DNA from: an uncultured Staphylococcaceae bacterium
GTDB taxonomy: Bacteria > Bacillota_I > Bacilli_A > RFN20 > CAG-826
Assembly (NCBI GenBank): GCA_964416025.1
Contig: CAYQCJ010000004.1
Location: 1-55,190, forward strand
Length of the DNA: 55,190 bases
Direction: 5' to 3'
Position numbers and translations under genes: made by a program. Below, one piece after another: positions 40,114-49,067 of the stretch. A model generated the notes under the pieces. That model did not search any database and was not told the DNA's origin. It saw only the letters and a program-made list of their open reading frames with translations. Each line of letters begins with the position of its first letter. Position 1 is the stretch's first letter.

Positions 40114-40141
40114 AGTATAAATGTTAAATCTAGAATTTCAA
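40114..40141 (-). promoter_or_regulatory. Sigma-A-type promoter for the riboswitch leader
   Basis: TTGAAA-16 nt-TATACT placing +1 near 40107, at the start of P1. Confidence 0.65.
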
Positions 40142-40178
40142 CTTATTTTATTTTTAAAAACAAATATCGTTTATGTTT

Positions 40179-41597
40179 CTAATTTGTTTTTTTAGGATTA
40201 TTAAGATTATAAATCCTATTTTTAAATCTTTTTTGCGCATCGATATCGGCTTGATTTTGCATTTCACTAGTTAAAGCATTCATTGCTTTGATAAACTGAT
40301 TAAAATTATCTTTGTCTTGCTCATCAATTTCTGAATTCAAAGATTCAAGATTATCATAAACTACATTATATTTGATTAAATTATAATTCTCACCAAACAG
40401 ACTATTTTTAATTTCATCACGCATAATATCAGCTCTATAATTTGGGCAAAGAACAAAATAATGGGTACTTTTGTTTGATTCAAGTTTCTTTTTTTCAGTA
40501 ATTAAATAATATTTTGCTAGCTGATTAATATTAATGTTTTTTGTTCTGCAATTATTAAATTGTTCTTGAAAAACACGCCTTTGATTTTCGTCTTCAACAT
40601 TATTTATCTCTTTTTGTACTCCATCGCAAGTTCCGTTTAATAAGGACTCAACCTTATTTTCAATAACAATTATTTCTTTATCCGTTTCTATCAAAAGATC
40701 GATATTGTTTTTTTCTCTAGTCACCAATATATTGTTGAAATCTCTTCCCTCAAAATCTTTATTTAAACAAATTAAAAAATTATCAAAAACACTTTTTTCA
40801 TTTTTTATAAAATATGCAAGCATGTTAGAAAATGCTTTTTCTTGTTTTTCGTTTCCGGTGATTTTGAAAATATTCCACCATTTATCTTGTTCAAGTTCTG
40901 TTGGACATGATAATTTTTCTGCAAACTTTCCTTTATCCCAATTCGCTTGCTCATCAATAAAATCTAATAGCTCTTGGTTATTTTTACCATTTAAATATGA
41001 TTTTAAAGATTCTTGAGCAAGATTTATATTTATTTTAATACTGTTCTGCTTATCTTGAGTTTTAAAACCAATAATGAATTTTGGTTGGCTTATTTTATCA
41101 ACTGTACCATTTGGTTGGCTTATTTTATCAACTGTACCATTTGCTTTAAACGTTATAAAAATATTTGTCTCAGGTTTGGAAACTTCATTTTCGCTCATTA
41201 TATCACTTAAAAACTGACCACCATACTTAATACCTTCTTTTTTAATTTCTTTAATTTGAATACCGTTATTTGTCTCATTTTTTCCGAGTTTCTCACCAGT
41301 TATTGAACCAGGAAAAAATTCAACATTACGAGCAACGCCAAGAATTTGAAAGCGATCTTTATAATCTTTGTTTTTAACAACAAAAAGAACATCAATTTGG
41401 CAGTTACTATAGTCAATGCCCTTCAAATTCTTGTTATCTTTCTTAAAAAAACCATTCGCATTTAAATAAATATAATTTTCCTCATTATCCGCCTTATAAA
41501 AATTTATTATTTCAAATCCAATATTTTTTTTATTTAAAAGAAAACTTGAATTTTCAGGAAACAGCCTGTCTATAACAATAATTCTATCTTTGCTCAT
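40179..41597 (-). CDS. PD-(D/E)XK nuclease family protein (PDDEXK_4-like) with an N-terminal extension
   Basis: EKAFSNMLAYF, REKNNIDLLIE...IIVIENKV, QLAKY; start reassigned to MSKDR. Confidence 0.8.
   Translation of the reverse strand: MSKDRIIVIDRLFPENSSFLLNKKNIGFEIINFYKADNEENYIYLNANGFFKKDNKNLKGIDYSNCQIDVLFVVKNKDYKDRFQILGVARNVEFFPGSITGEKLGKNETNNGIQIKEIKKEGIKYGGQFLSDIMSENEVSKPETNIFITFKANGTVDKISQPNGTVDKISQPKFIIGFKTQDKQNSIKININLAQESLKSYLNGKNNQELLDFIDEQANWDKGKFAEKLSCPTELEQDKWWNIFKITGNEKQEKAFSNMLAYFIKNEKSVFDNFLICLNKDFEGRDFNNILVTREKNNIDLLIETDKEIIVIENKVESLLNGTCDGVQKEINNVEDENQRRVFQEQFNNCRTKNININQLAKYYLITEKKKLESNKSTHYFVLCPNYRADIMRDEIKNSLFGENYNLIKYNVVYDNLESLNSEIDEQDKDNFNQFIKAMNALTSEMQNQADIDAQKRFKNRIYNLNNPKKTN
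41081..41140. repeat. Exact in-frame 30-bp tandem duplication
   Basis: ttggttggcttattttatcaactgtaccat x2, encoding NGTVDKISQP twice. Confidence 0.95.
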
Positions 41598-41787
41598 AAT
41601 TAATAATTCCTTTCTCAGCAACAATTTATATGTAATCGTAAACTTTTATAAAAGAGTTTTTCTTTTAAAAATTCATAGTCACAATAATTCAATAATTTTA
41701 TCACCACCACATTTTTATCTATCAATCACAACATATCTTTTTTTATATTCTTCATGCCTTCCTATGTTGCTAATTATTATGTTGAAA

Positions 41788-42558
41788 CTAATCACAATCA
41801 ATATCAAAAACAAGCGTTTCAGAATTTTTTGAATGAAGAGTTTTTATTGAAAATACATTGTTTTCAACATGATTTACAACACTATTAAAAGCTTCATTGT
41901 TTTTTGAAGCAATATCTTTAAAGTCGCTCATAACAAAAAAATAAATTCCAAGATTCTGAGATAAACTAAATAAATTTTGAAGTTCTGTTCGTTGCGATTC
42001 AGACAATTCATTATTTAAGGACTCAAAGTTTTCAATCATAACAACAATAAAAGGCAATTTGTTTTTATTCTTTGAGTTAAATTCATCAAGAAATTTAGCA
42101 TCGCTCTCTTTTAACAGTTCTTCTCTTTCTTGTGCTAAAGATGTAAGTTTAGAAATACAAGCATTGGCTTCTTCTTTGGTTTCGATAACAAAAGTTTTTT
42201 CACTCTTATTTTTATACTTATTATTTTTTGAGAAAAGATAAAGATTAGTGTCGCCAAAAGTATCGCATCTAATTCCACTTTCATCAAATAATTGATCCAT
42301 AAGAATATTGAAAGCATCTTTTGAATCGGAACTAAAAAGAATTGGAGACAATATATTAATTTGACCGTAAGAGATAACTTTTCTTACATTGTTCTCAAAT
42401 ACGGATTTGTATAAAACAATAGGATAATAATTAGTATTTTGATAATTTTTTTGAAAATTTTCAAGTTCTCCTTTGAAAAAACTAGTAGCAAAGACGCCAT
42501 TTTTTGAATCATATTTTGTGATTGGTTTTGTATTAATCATTTTTCTCCTTCTACACAC
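41788..42558 (-). CDS. Degenerate FtsK/HerA-like P-loop fragment protein
   Basis: KLPFIVVMIENFESL...LSQNLGIYFFV resembles the FtsK Walker B region (LPYIVVVIDEFADL...ARAAGIHLI); no Walker A seen. Confidence 0.5.
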   Translation of the reverse strand: MCRRRKMINTKPITKYDSKNGVFATSFFKGELENFQKNYQNTNYYPIVLYKSVFENNVRKVISYGQINILSPILFSSDSKDAFNILMDQLFDESGIRCDTFGDTNLYLFSKNNKYKNKSEKTFVIETKEEANACISKLTSLAQEREELLKESDAKFLDEFNSKNKNKLPFIVVMIENFESLNNELSESQRTELQNLFSLSQNLGIYFFVMSDFKDIASKNNEAFNSVVNHVENNVFSIKTLHSKNSETLVFDIDCD

Positions 42559-42784
42559 AAAAGATAAATAAATTTATTTTTTGTGTTTTTATCATTATTA
42601 AATAAATAAGATTTAAAATCAAATCATATTAAAGTTTTTATGAAAACTAGAAATTACTAACATAAGCAATGTCCTCAGAAAATAAAAATAATAATGATAA
42701 AATATATATAACATACTTCGACATTTGTTGCTTATTCTTATTATCAAAATTATTGGTAATATTCAAATTCTATGAAATTACATT

Positions 42785-44029
42785 TTATATATTCCAATTC
42801 TCTGGAATATCTTTATAATCTATACTTCCTTTTTTATACAAAATATCAGCTAAAAAACACAACTCTGACTTATGTTTTTTCAGATATCTATAAGTTTGTT
42901 TACTCAGTTTATTTAATAAGATAGCTGTCTTTTTTCTTATTCGACGATTAAACTTAAAATCAACCAAATCAATGTCACTAGAATTAGGTGAGCCGCTTTT
43001 AAAATCGTCTAATTTATATATGCAAGTCCTAGAAATTAATCCGATGCACTCTTCATGAGCGGAAAATAAATCACGATACGAACCAACATCTTTAAATCCA
43101 AAAATTATTTTTTCTGCATTTAATCCCCCTAAACTAATCCTTATTTTATCTAATCCTCCTTCTATCGAATTTCTTTCGATCTTGCTATTTGCTATAGTCA
43201 CTCCTCCACAATCATCAAAATATGATTTATAAAACATTGCTGTGTCTTTTGCTTTTAAGGACATCAAGATATGCCCCGCTTCATGAATCGCTACTCTTTT
43301 ATCTTTATATTTTGTTGGATCAGAAAATGAGTTATTAGCTATCATATCCATCGATTTGTTTATATCTTGATTACTTAATTTTTTGCCATTTCTTAAATAA
43401 GCATCATTTATAATATTTCTTAAAATAACTGGATTTTTTCCACTTAATAAATTAGAAAGAATATCCAAATCAATATTTGTCTTATCGACACAAAATTCAT
43501 CCAAATATTTATTTAAGAAATAATTGGTTTTCTCACTATCTAACCTAGAAAAACAAAATGTGCGATCAATTCGGCCATTTCTTCTTAATTCTGCAGGTAT
43601 TAGAGTGATATAATTAGCTGCTAATAATACTAATATATGACCACTTTTATCAATACCATCAAGTTCGCTTTTTAATAATCTATTAATCTCTTCTTTCTTA
43701 CCTCCAGCCATTAAACTATCTAATTCATCTATAGCGATAATTGCTCCTATATCCTTCCTGGCTTTTTTAAATATGGTGCTAATCTCTTTTAAAATGTTGT
43801 TATCACTTCCATTCAATATGTAATGAGGATAATCAAATTCCTTGATATATTCCCTAATTATTAGGGTTTTACCACATCCAGCCTCACCATAAAATAAAAT
43901 ACCTTTTGGTATATTAACATCCTTATTGTTATAAATATCTGGATCTATAAACCAATCATGAATCACTTTTAATTCTTTCTTAATTTCATAGTTCCCATAC
44001 ACGTTTTTTAAAAACTCATCTTCACTCAT
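42785..44029 (-). CDS. Membrane-less FtsH-like AAA+ ATPase / M41 metalloprotease, copy 2
   Basis: GEAGCGKT, IAIDELD, LRRNGRIDR, HEAGH, GSYRD; start reassigned to MSEDEF; no TM segment. Confidence 0.85.
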   Translation of the reverse strand: MSEDEFLKNVYGNYEIKKELKVIHDWFIDPDIYNNKDVNIPKGILFYGEAGCGKTLIIREYIKEFDYPHYILNGSDNNILKEISTIFKKARKDIGAIIAIDELDSLMAGGKKEEINRLLKSELDGIDKSGHILVLLAANYITLIPAELRRNGRIDRTFCFSRLDSEKTNYFLNKYLDEFCVDKTNIDLDILSNLLSGKNPVILRNIINDAYLRNGKKLSNQDINKSMDMIANNSFSDPTKYKDKRVAIHEAGHILMSLKAKDTAMFYKSYFDDCGGVTIANSKIERNSIEGGLDKIRISLGGLNAEKIIFGFKDVGSYRDLFSAHEECIGLISRTCIYKLDDFKSGSPNSSDIDLVDFKFNRRIRKKTAILLNKLSKQTYRYLKKHKSELCFLADILYKKGSIDYKDIPENWNI

Positions 44030-44049
44030 TTTAATTATTCCTTCTTTTC

Positions 44050-44838
44050 TTAATTTAATAATAACCAACCATTTTTATAGACATGAATATCATCTCTATT
44101 TAAATCCACGATAAGCCAAGTTATATCTTTTATGCCTCTCATGTTTTTAAAAATATTAACGATATTTTCTATGCCTTTTTTCCACTCATTAACACTAGTT
44201 ACCCACTCTTTATGGTATTCCGTATGTGTATAATCATTAGCAAAACAAATATATACTAACTTAGCCTTAGCACCATTTCTTTTTAACATATTAACTAAAC
44301 ACAATCTGTTTGCTAATTGATAATAATCACTATCGATATATTCATCTGATCCTACATATTTTCTTAAAGATTCTTCGATGAGTAAAATCGAATCTATATT
44401 CGTCGCTAAACATGGCCCAAGCGATTCAGTTATATGGGATTTAGCTTCTATTACATAAATAGTTTTGCTCTCTCCAATACCAAATCCATCAAGTTTTGGA
44501 CCTCTTTCAGGCCAAAACCTACTCCAATCTATTTTGTTTTCTATAGCTTCAGATAAAATTTGAGCACTATATTCTTTAAATTCATCTTTAATAATTGGAG
44601 AGTAGATTTTTATTTCATCTTTAATGTGTTTTCTAAGGAAACCTCCATTTCCGATATTATGAAGATATTCATTAGTAAATATTTGTAGTTCAAATTGACT
44701 GCCCCTATCCGCTCTATAGTCTGATTCGTACACTTCATCATAAACATAACTAGTCTCATTGTGCATTTCTTCAGTAGCGATTTTCGTACCATCGCTATCA
44801 TTTCTAACACCTTCCTTGTTGTTATTTTTATAAAACAT
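44050..44838 (-). CDS. Putative PD-(D/E)XK-fold nuclease (conserved hypothetical)
   Basis: GSQ, FWPERGPKLDG...YVIEAKSHITE, YYQLANRL; AGGAGG RBS. Confidence 0.7.
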   Translation of the reverse strand: MFYKNNNKEGVRNDSDGTKIATEEMHNETSYVYDEVYESDYRADRGSQFELQIFTNEYLHNIGNGGFLRKHIKDEIKIYSPIIKDEFKEYSAQILSEAIENKIDWSRFWPERGPKLDGFGIGESKTIYVIEAKSHITESLGPCLATNIDSILLIEESLRKYVGSDEYIDSDYYQLANRLCLVNMLKRNGAKAKLVYICFANDYTHTEYHKEWVTSVNEWKKGIENIVNIFKNMRGIKDITWLIVDLNRDDIHVYKNGWLLLN

Positions 44839-44982
44839 TTATAATCCTCCTTGTTTTATTTTTTTACTTTTTATATACATATTTTCCCTAAATCTCACGT
44901 TTTAATTAAAAACAATGTTCTTATTTTCCGTTTGATAATGTTTATAATAAAAACTCTTTTTAAGAGTTATATATTATTGTTT

Positions 44983-45888
44983 TTAGTCTAATTTCTTTAG
45001 CTTTTGACTATAAAAACCAGCAAATTTTACCTCACAATTATTCATCTTTTGATTACAAGATTCTATAAAATCAATATAATCTTTAGACTCAACAATTTCC
45101 TTAGCCGATTCTAAATATTCGGATAAGCCTTGATTAAATATCTCTCCTCCGTTTATATGAGTAGGATCAAATATAAAGTAAATAAAGAATATTTTTTTAT
45201 ACTTTTTCTTTGAAAAATTGCTAATTATTCCCAATAAATGGCATATATTTTGTTTAATATCATATCGACAATTTTTAAATTTATTCGTGAATACACTTTG
45301 ATTCATATTTGTAAATACATCATCTATTGGTCCGTTTTCATAAAAATATTGTTCAGACAATTTATTTGTTGCATTTTTATATATTTCCTTCATTTTTGCT
45401 TCAATACAAATAGCATATTCTTCATTGTTTACACTTAAAACACAATCTAATTGGCTTGGTGGTCCTTTAATACCTTTAATTTTGTTTGAATACTCAAAAA
45501 TCGTTTCTATTTTATCTATCTTAATATTAGGAATGTTGTTATCTTCAAGAACCTGCTTCGCTAATTTTGATGCATTGTCTTTATTAGCTAACATTTCAAA
45601 AACAAACCTTGATGAACCAAATAATGGGGAATTGTGATTATAATTGAATTTCTCTATGGCTATTCCATTAAATATTAAGTTGGCTCTTTTAGCCCAGAGA
45701 TCAAAATTATCATCGCTTAAATATCCAAATAAATGTTTTGTCTTTCCGCTTTTTTGTTTATGAATCGTAACAATTTCATAACTTTCAGCTTCTAAAAAAG
45801 GGCTTTCGGTTATTGAATAAATTTTCTTTAAATAATTTAGCGAATTTTTCTGATAGATAAACTTTTGAAATTCCTTATCTAAATCCAT
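44983..45888 (-). CDS. Putative restriction-endonuclease-like protein (PGN_0703-like)
   Basis: SPLFGSS.F, FEY, PPSQLDCVL...ICIEAKMKE, DIKQNICHLLGI. Confidence 0.7.
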   Translation of the reverse strand: MDLDKEFQKFIYQKNSLNYLKKIYSITESPFLEAESYEIVTIHKQKSGKTKHLFGYLSDDNFDLWAKRANLIFNGIAIEKFNYNHNSPLFGSSRFVFEMLANKDNASKLAKQVLEDNNIPNIKIDKIETIFEYSNKIKGIKGPPSQLDCVLSVNNEEYAICIEAKMKEIYKNATNKLSEQYFYENGPIDDVFTNMNQSVFTNKFKNCRYDIKQNICHLLGIISNFSKKKYKKIFFIYFIFDPTHINGGEIFNQGLSEYLESAKEIVESKDYIDFIESCNQKMNNCEVKFAGFYSQKLKKLD

Positions 45889-46283
45889 TATTTTTCCTTC
45901 ATATAATAACTGGCACTACTTAAAACATATCTTTCTTCAAAAGGATATTTTTTTTGCATTGCTTTGTACTTTATATTAAATTTATCAGCTAAAATAAATT
46001 TAAATAGATAACCAAAATATGCTCCAATATATTGTTTTTTATTACGGTCATTAGCAACATCACTAGTAACAACATCTTTGTTCTTTCTAGTAAAATAATC
46101 TGATGGAGGTATAAAATAATTATCATTTAAAAATACCATTTCATCGATATTTTTCTCATCATCAATCCGCTCTAAAAACCTTATATAGATTGGATCATCT
46201 TCTCTTACTTTTTTACAATATTTAGATTCAAAATCTTCTTTATCGAAATACATATTACCATAGTTATACAACATTATTAGCAA
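45888..46283 (-). CDS. Hypothetical protein, 131 aa, translationally coupled (TAATG) to the downstream nuclease-like gene
   Basis: Open frame; stop overlaps the start at 45888. Confidence 0.65.
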   Translation of the reverse strand: MLIMLYNYGNMYFDKEDFESKYCKKVREDDPIYIRFLERIDDEKNIDEMVFLNDNYFIPPSDYFTRKNKDVVTSDVANDRNKKQYIGAYFGYLFKFILADKFNIKYKAMQKKYPFEERYVLSSASYYMKEK

Positions 46284-46361
46284 TATGTCAAATTTCCTTT
46301 TGATTTTAAATAATAAATTGCTATTTATAGTTTATAAAAATTCCTACAAATCAAGTTTACA

Positions 46362-47450
46362 TTAACTATCGGTTTTTAATTTTGTATTTTTATATTCATC
46401 AACAATTTTCTCTAATCCACAACCAAATACATTATAAAAATCACTTATATATTCTGTTATTGTATTTATTAGAGCTTCTTGGTTGGTAAATGTAAACTTA
46501 GTTTTTGCTTTAGCGATTTGTTTTTTGTTATAACCATTTATAAACATTTTGCTAAAATTTTTAATTTTCCAGCGAAGAGCATTTTCTTCTTCTTCAGTTA
46601 AGATTACTACGCTATCTTTACCATTTGTAGAATACCCACATTTTTCAATTAAGCATCCTGTTAAAACGATCCATCTAAAGCAAAAATTCAAAGAAAGTTT
46701 ATAATCTTTTATTTTAGAAAAATGAATTTGAACTGAGTAACCCGCATATCTACCATACGAACACCAAGAACCATTCCAATAATTCCAATCTTTCGATAAG
46801 CTATCCCAATCGTTTTTCTTAATAATAGCCAATTTATCGATTTCATTATCGCAAAAAGCAAACCAATTACAAATATCCCATTCATCAATTGGTTTAGTAG
46901 ATACAGTTGTTAAAGATTTGTATTTTAATTCAACATGCTCAATATAATCCAATAAAATATTATTTTTAATATTTTTAATATTTATTTTTGAAAAAAACTC
47001 ATAAATAGACTTAATGTCAAAAACAAACCAGCCATTTTTTTGAATAGTTGTTCTATCACTCTCCCACACAAAATTTAGTTTGTAAAAAACAAATTTAATT
47101 CTATTAGAGCAACATTTATCAGCAAAACTATTTGTGATATTATTAAAATATTTATTCGTTTGATTGAAACCTTCGTTGGCATCAACCTTATCTTCAATAA
47201 TTAAGATATATTTCTCACCATTTATCAATAACTCAGCCAATATGTCGGTATGTTTAAATTGTTTCCTTATCGATTCAATTTTCAAAGATTTTATATCATT
47301 TTTATAACCTAAAACTAATTTAATAAAAGCTCTACCAATACTTTTAACATCTTCATATTCGTTGTTATCATCTCCACTATTAGTAATCAACCAACACAAA
47401 AAAGCATCTTGTTCCAACTCTTTATTTGCATATTGAAATAAATTGGTCAT
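46362..47450 (-). CDS. PD-(D/E)XK nuclease family protein (PDDEXK_4-like)
   Basis: NLFQYANKELEQDAFLCWL, KQFKHTDIL...ILIIEDKV, QTNKY. Confidence 0.85.
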   Translation of the reverse strand: MTNLFQYANKELEQDAFLCWLITNSGDDNNEYEDVKSIGRAFIKLVLGYKNDIKSLKIESIRKQFKHTDILAELLINGEKYILIIEDKVDANEGFNQTNKYFNNITNSFADKCCSNRIKFVFYKLNFVWESDRTTIQKNGWFVFDIKSIYEFFSKINIKNIKNNILLDYIEHVELKYKSLTTVSTKPIDEWDICNWFAFCDNEIDKLAIIKKNDWDSLSKDWNYWNGSWCSYGRYAGYSVQIHFSKIKDYKLSLNFCFRWIVLTGCLIEKCGYSTNGKDSVVILTEEEENALRWKIKNFSKMFINGYNKKQIAKAKTKFTFTNQEALINTITEYISDFYNVFGCGLEKIVDEYKNTKLKTDS

Positions 47451-47462
47451 TTTTAATTTGCG

Positions 47463-48071
47463 TTATTTCTCTATAGCTCTAGCTTCTTCAACGATTTCAT
47501 CAATCTTTTCATCAATTGAGTCGCATTTATCACTCATTTCTTGATTGTAAATCGAATCATTATTTTTTTCTTTTTTTAACTTCAACAAACAAACAATTCC
47601 TGCCACCAAAAGAAAAGAAAAAACAAAAATTATCATTGCTCCAAAAAGCGCATTAAAAATACAAAAAATAATGCCGATAAAAATTGCCACTATCGAACTA
47701 ATTGTTAAAACCCATACTAATATATTTAAATCTTCATATCTCTTAATTTTCTTATCATCTTTTTTTGTAATATTAAGCACGGATTCAGCGTTTTCATGTA
47801 CAAGTTTTTGTATATTTTCCCGTAATTCATCTAATTTTTCACGATTCTTAATATTGGAATCTCTTTTAAATGTTAAAGTGTAAGACACTTCACATTCTTG
47901 GTGACTTGTTTCAGCAATGTGTCCATATAAATCTTTGCTCTTTTCCTTATAAGTTTTTATTGTTTCATCTTTTTTGGAATCGACACATTCCCAACCAAAA
48001 GCTTCATAAGTTGATATTACATGATTTTTATCATCACCATCTACACTGTCTATTATCTTAGTTTCAATCAT
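47463..48071 (-). CDS. Hypothetical 2-TM membrane protein
   Basis: YEAFGWE N-terminus, two hydrophobic helices, coiled-coil-like tail. Confidence 0.7.
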   Translation of the reverse strand: MIETKIIDSVDGDDKNHVISTYEAFGWECVDSKKDETIKTYKEKSKDLYGHIAETSHQECEVSYTLTFKRDSNIKNREKLDELRENIQKLVHENAESVLNITKKDDKKIKRYEDLNILVWVLTISSIVAIFIGIIFCIFNALFGAMIIFVFSFLLVAGIVCLLKLKKEKNNDSIYNQEMSDKCDSIDEKIDEIVEEARAIEK

Positions 48072-48144
48072 AAATTAAAATTCCTTTATTTAATTATATA
48101 AGCCGAAAAGCAGAAAACAAATTAATTTTGCAAGATTAAATCAA

Positions 48145-49065
48145 TTATAAAGAATAAAGATAGTCTATATCAGCTTCCCAACAAGAAATAGCACGAATAA
48201 ATTTTTGATTATTTTGATTTCTATCAATTAAATACAATAAAAAGCTTACAACTTGTACTTTAGTGAGAATATTTTCATTAATTATATTAAGCAAAATTGT
48301 ATGTCTTTGATATGCGGTCAATCCTTTCGATTCAGAAACTGTATAGCCTTTTTTATAAAGAATTGATTGAGTTTGCCCGGGCGTTAACTCTTTAAAAACC
48401 GTTTTTATTTGTTTAGAATCCTTTTCAATAATTTTATTACCCAAAAAACTGTACTTTTCATTTTCAAGAATTGTATCTTCCATAGTTTTTGTAATTGCAA
48501 AAGTGTTATCTGACTCTTTATAGTAAATGTAATCTTTAATGGTCACAATTTTTTGATTATACTCATTATCCAAATTAATAACGGCATAAACCAATTTATA
48601 TTTGGCTTTATCCTCATATTTTTCAATATCGTCATAATAAAAAACGACATCCTCTTTATATAATTCAATTTCGCAACCATGCCCAGAAACCGAATGTGTT
48701 ATTTTATCAATAGGATCAATTGAAAAATCATCATCGAATTGAATTAATTCGGTCAAGTCACTTATTGTAGAATCTAATGAATATACAGGAGCATTATCAA
48801 GAAATTGACCATCATAATTTTCTTCCAATATACTTTTTTCAACTAATTCACTAATTGCTTCGTCTAAATCATCACTAAACAATGTTTCAAAAACCCCAAC
48901 AATATTTCCTAATTTTGGTCTATATTTATCAATCGATAATTGTTGAGCAAGACTGAATTTGTCTGTTAGTAAAAAGTAAATATTATCAAATGTTGGCAAA
49001 AAATCATCATCCTCAATGCTTTCCAATTGGTAAACGGCCAAAATAATCGCAGTCTCTAAGTTCAT
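48145..49065 (-). CDS. Hypothetical acidic protein, 306 aa
   Basis: Open frame; helical N-terminus; C-terminal SILYKKGYTVS...QRHTIL...AISCWEADIDYL. Confidence 0.7.
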   Translation of the reverse strand: MNLETAIILAVYQLESIEDDDFLPTFDNIYFLLTDKFSLAQQLSIDKYRPKLGNIVGVFETLFSDDLDEAISELVEKSILEENYDGQFLDNAPVYSLDSTISDLTELIQFDDDFSIDPIDKITHSVSGHGCEIELYKEDVVFYYDDIEKYEDKAKYKLVYAVINLDNEYNQKIVTIKDYIYYKESDNTFAITKTMEDTILENEKYSFLGNKIIEKDSKQIKTVFKELTPGQTQSILYKKGYTVSESKGLTAYQRHTILLNIINENILTKVQVVSFLLYLIDRNQNNQKFIRAISCWEADIDYLYSL

Positions 49066-49067
49066 CC

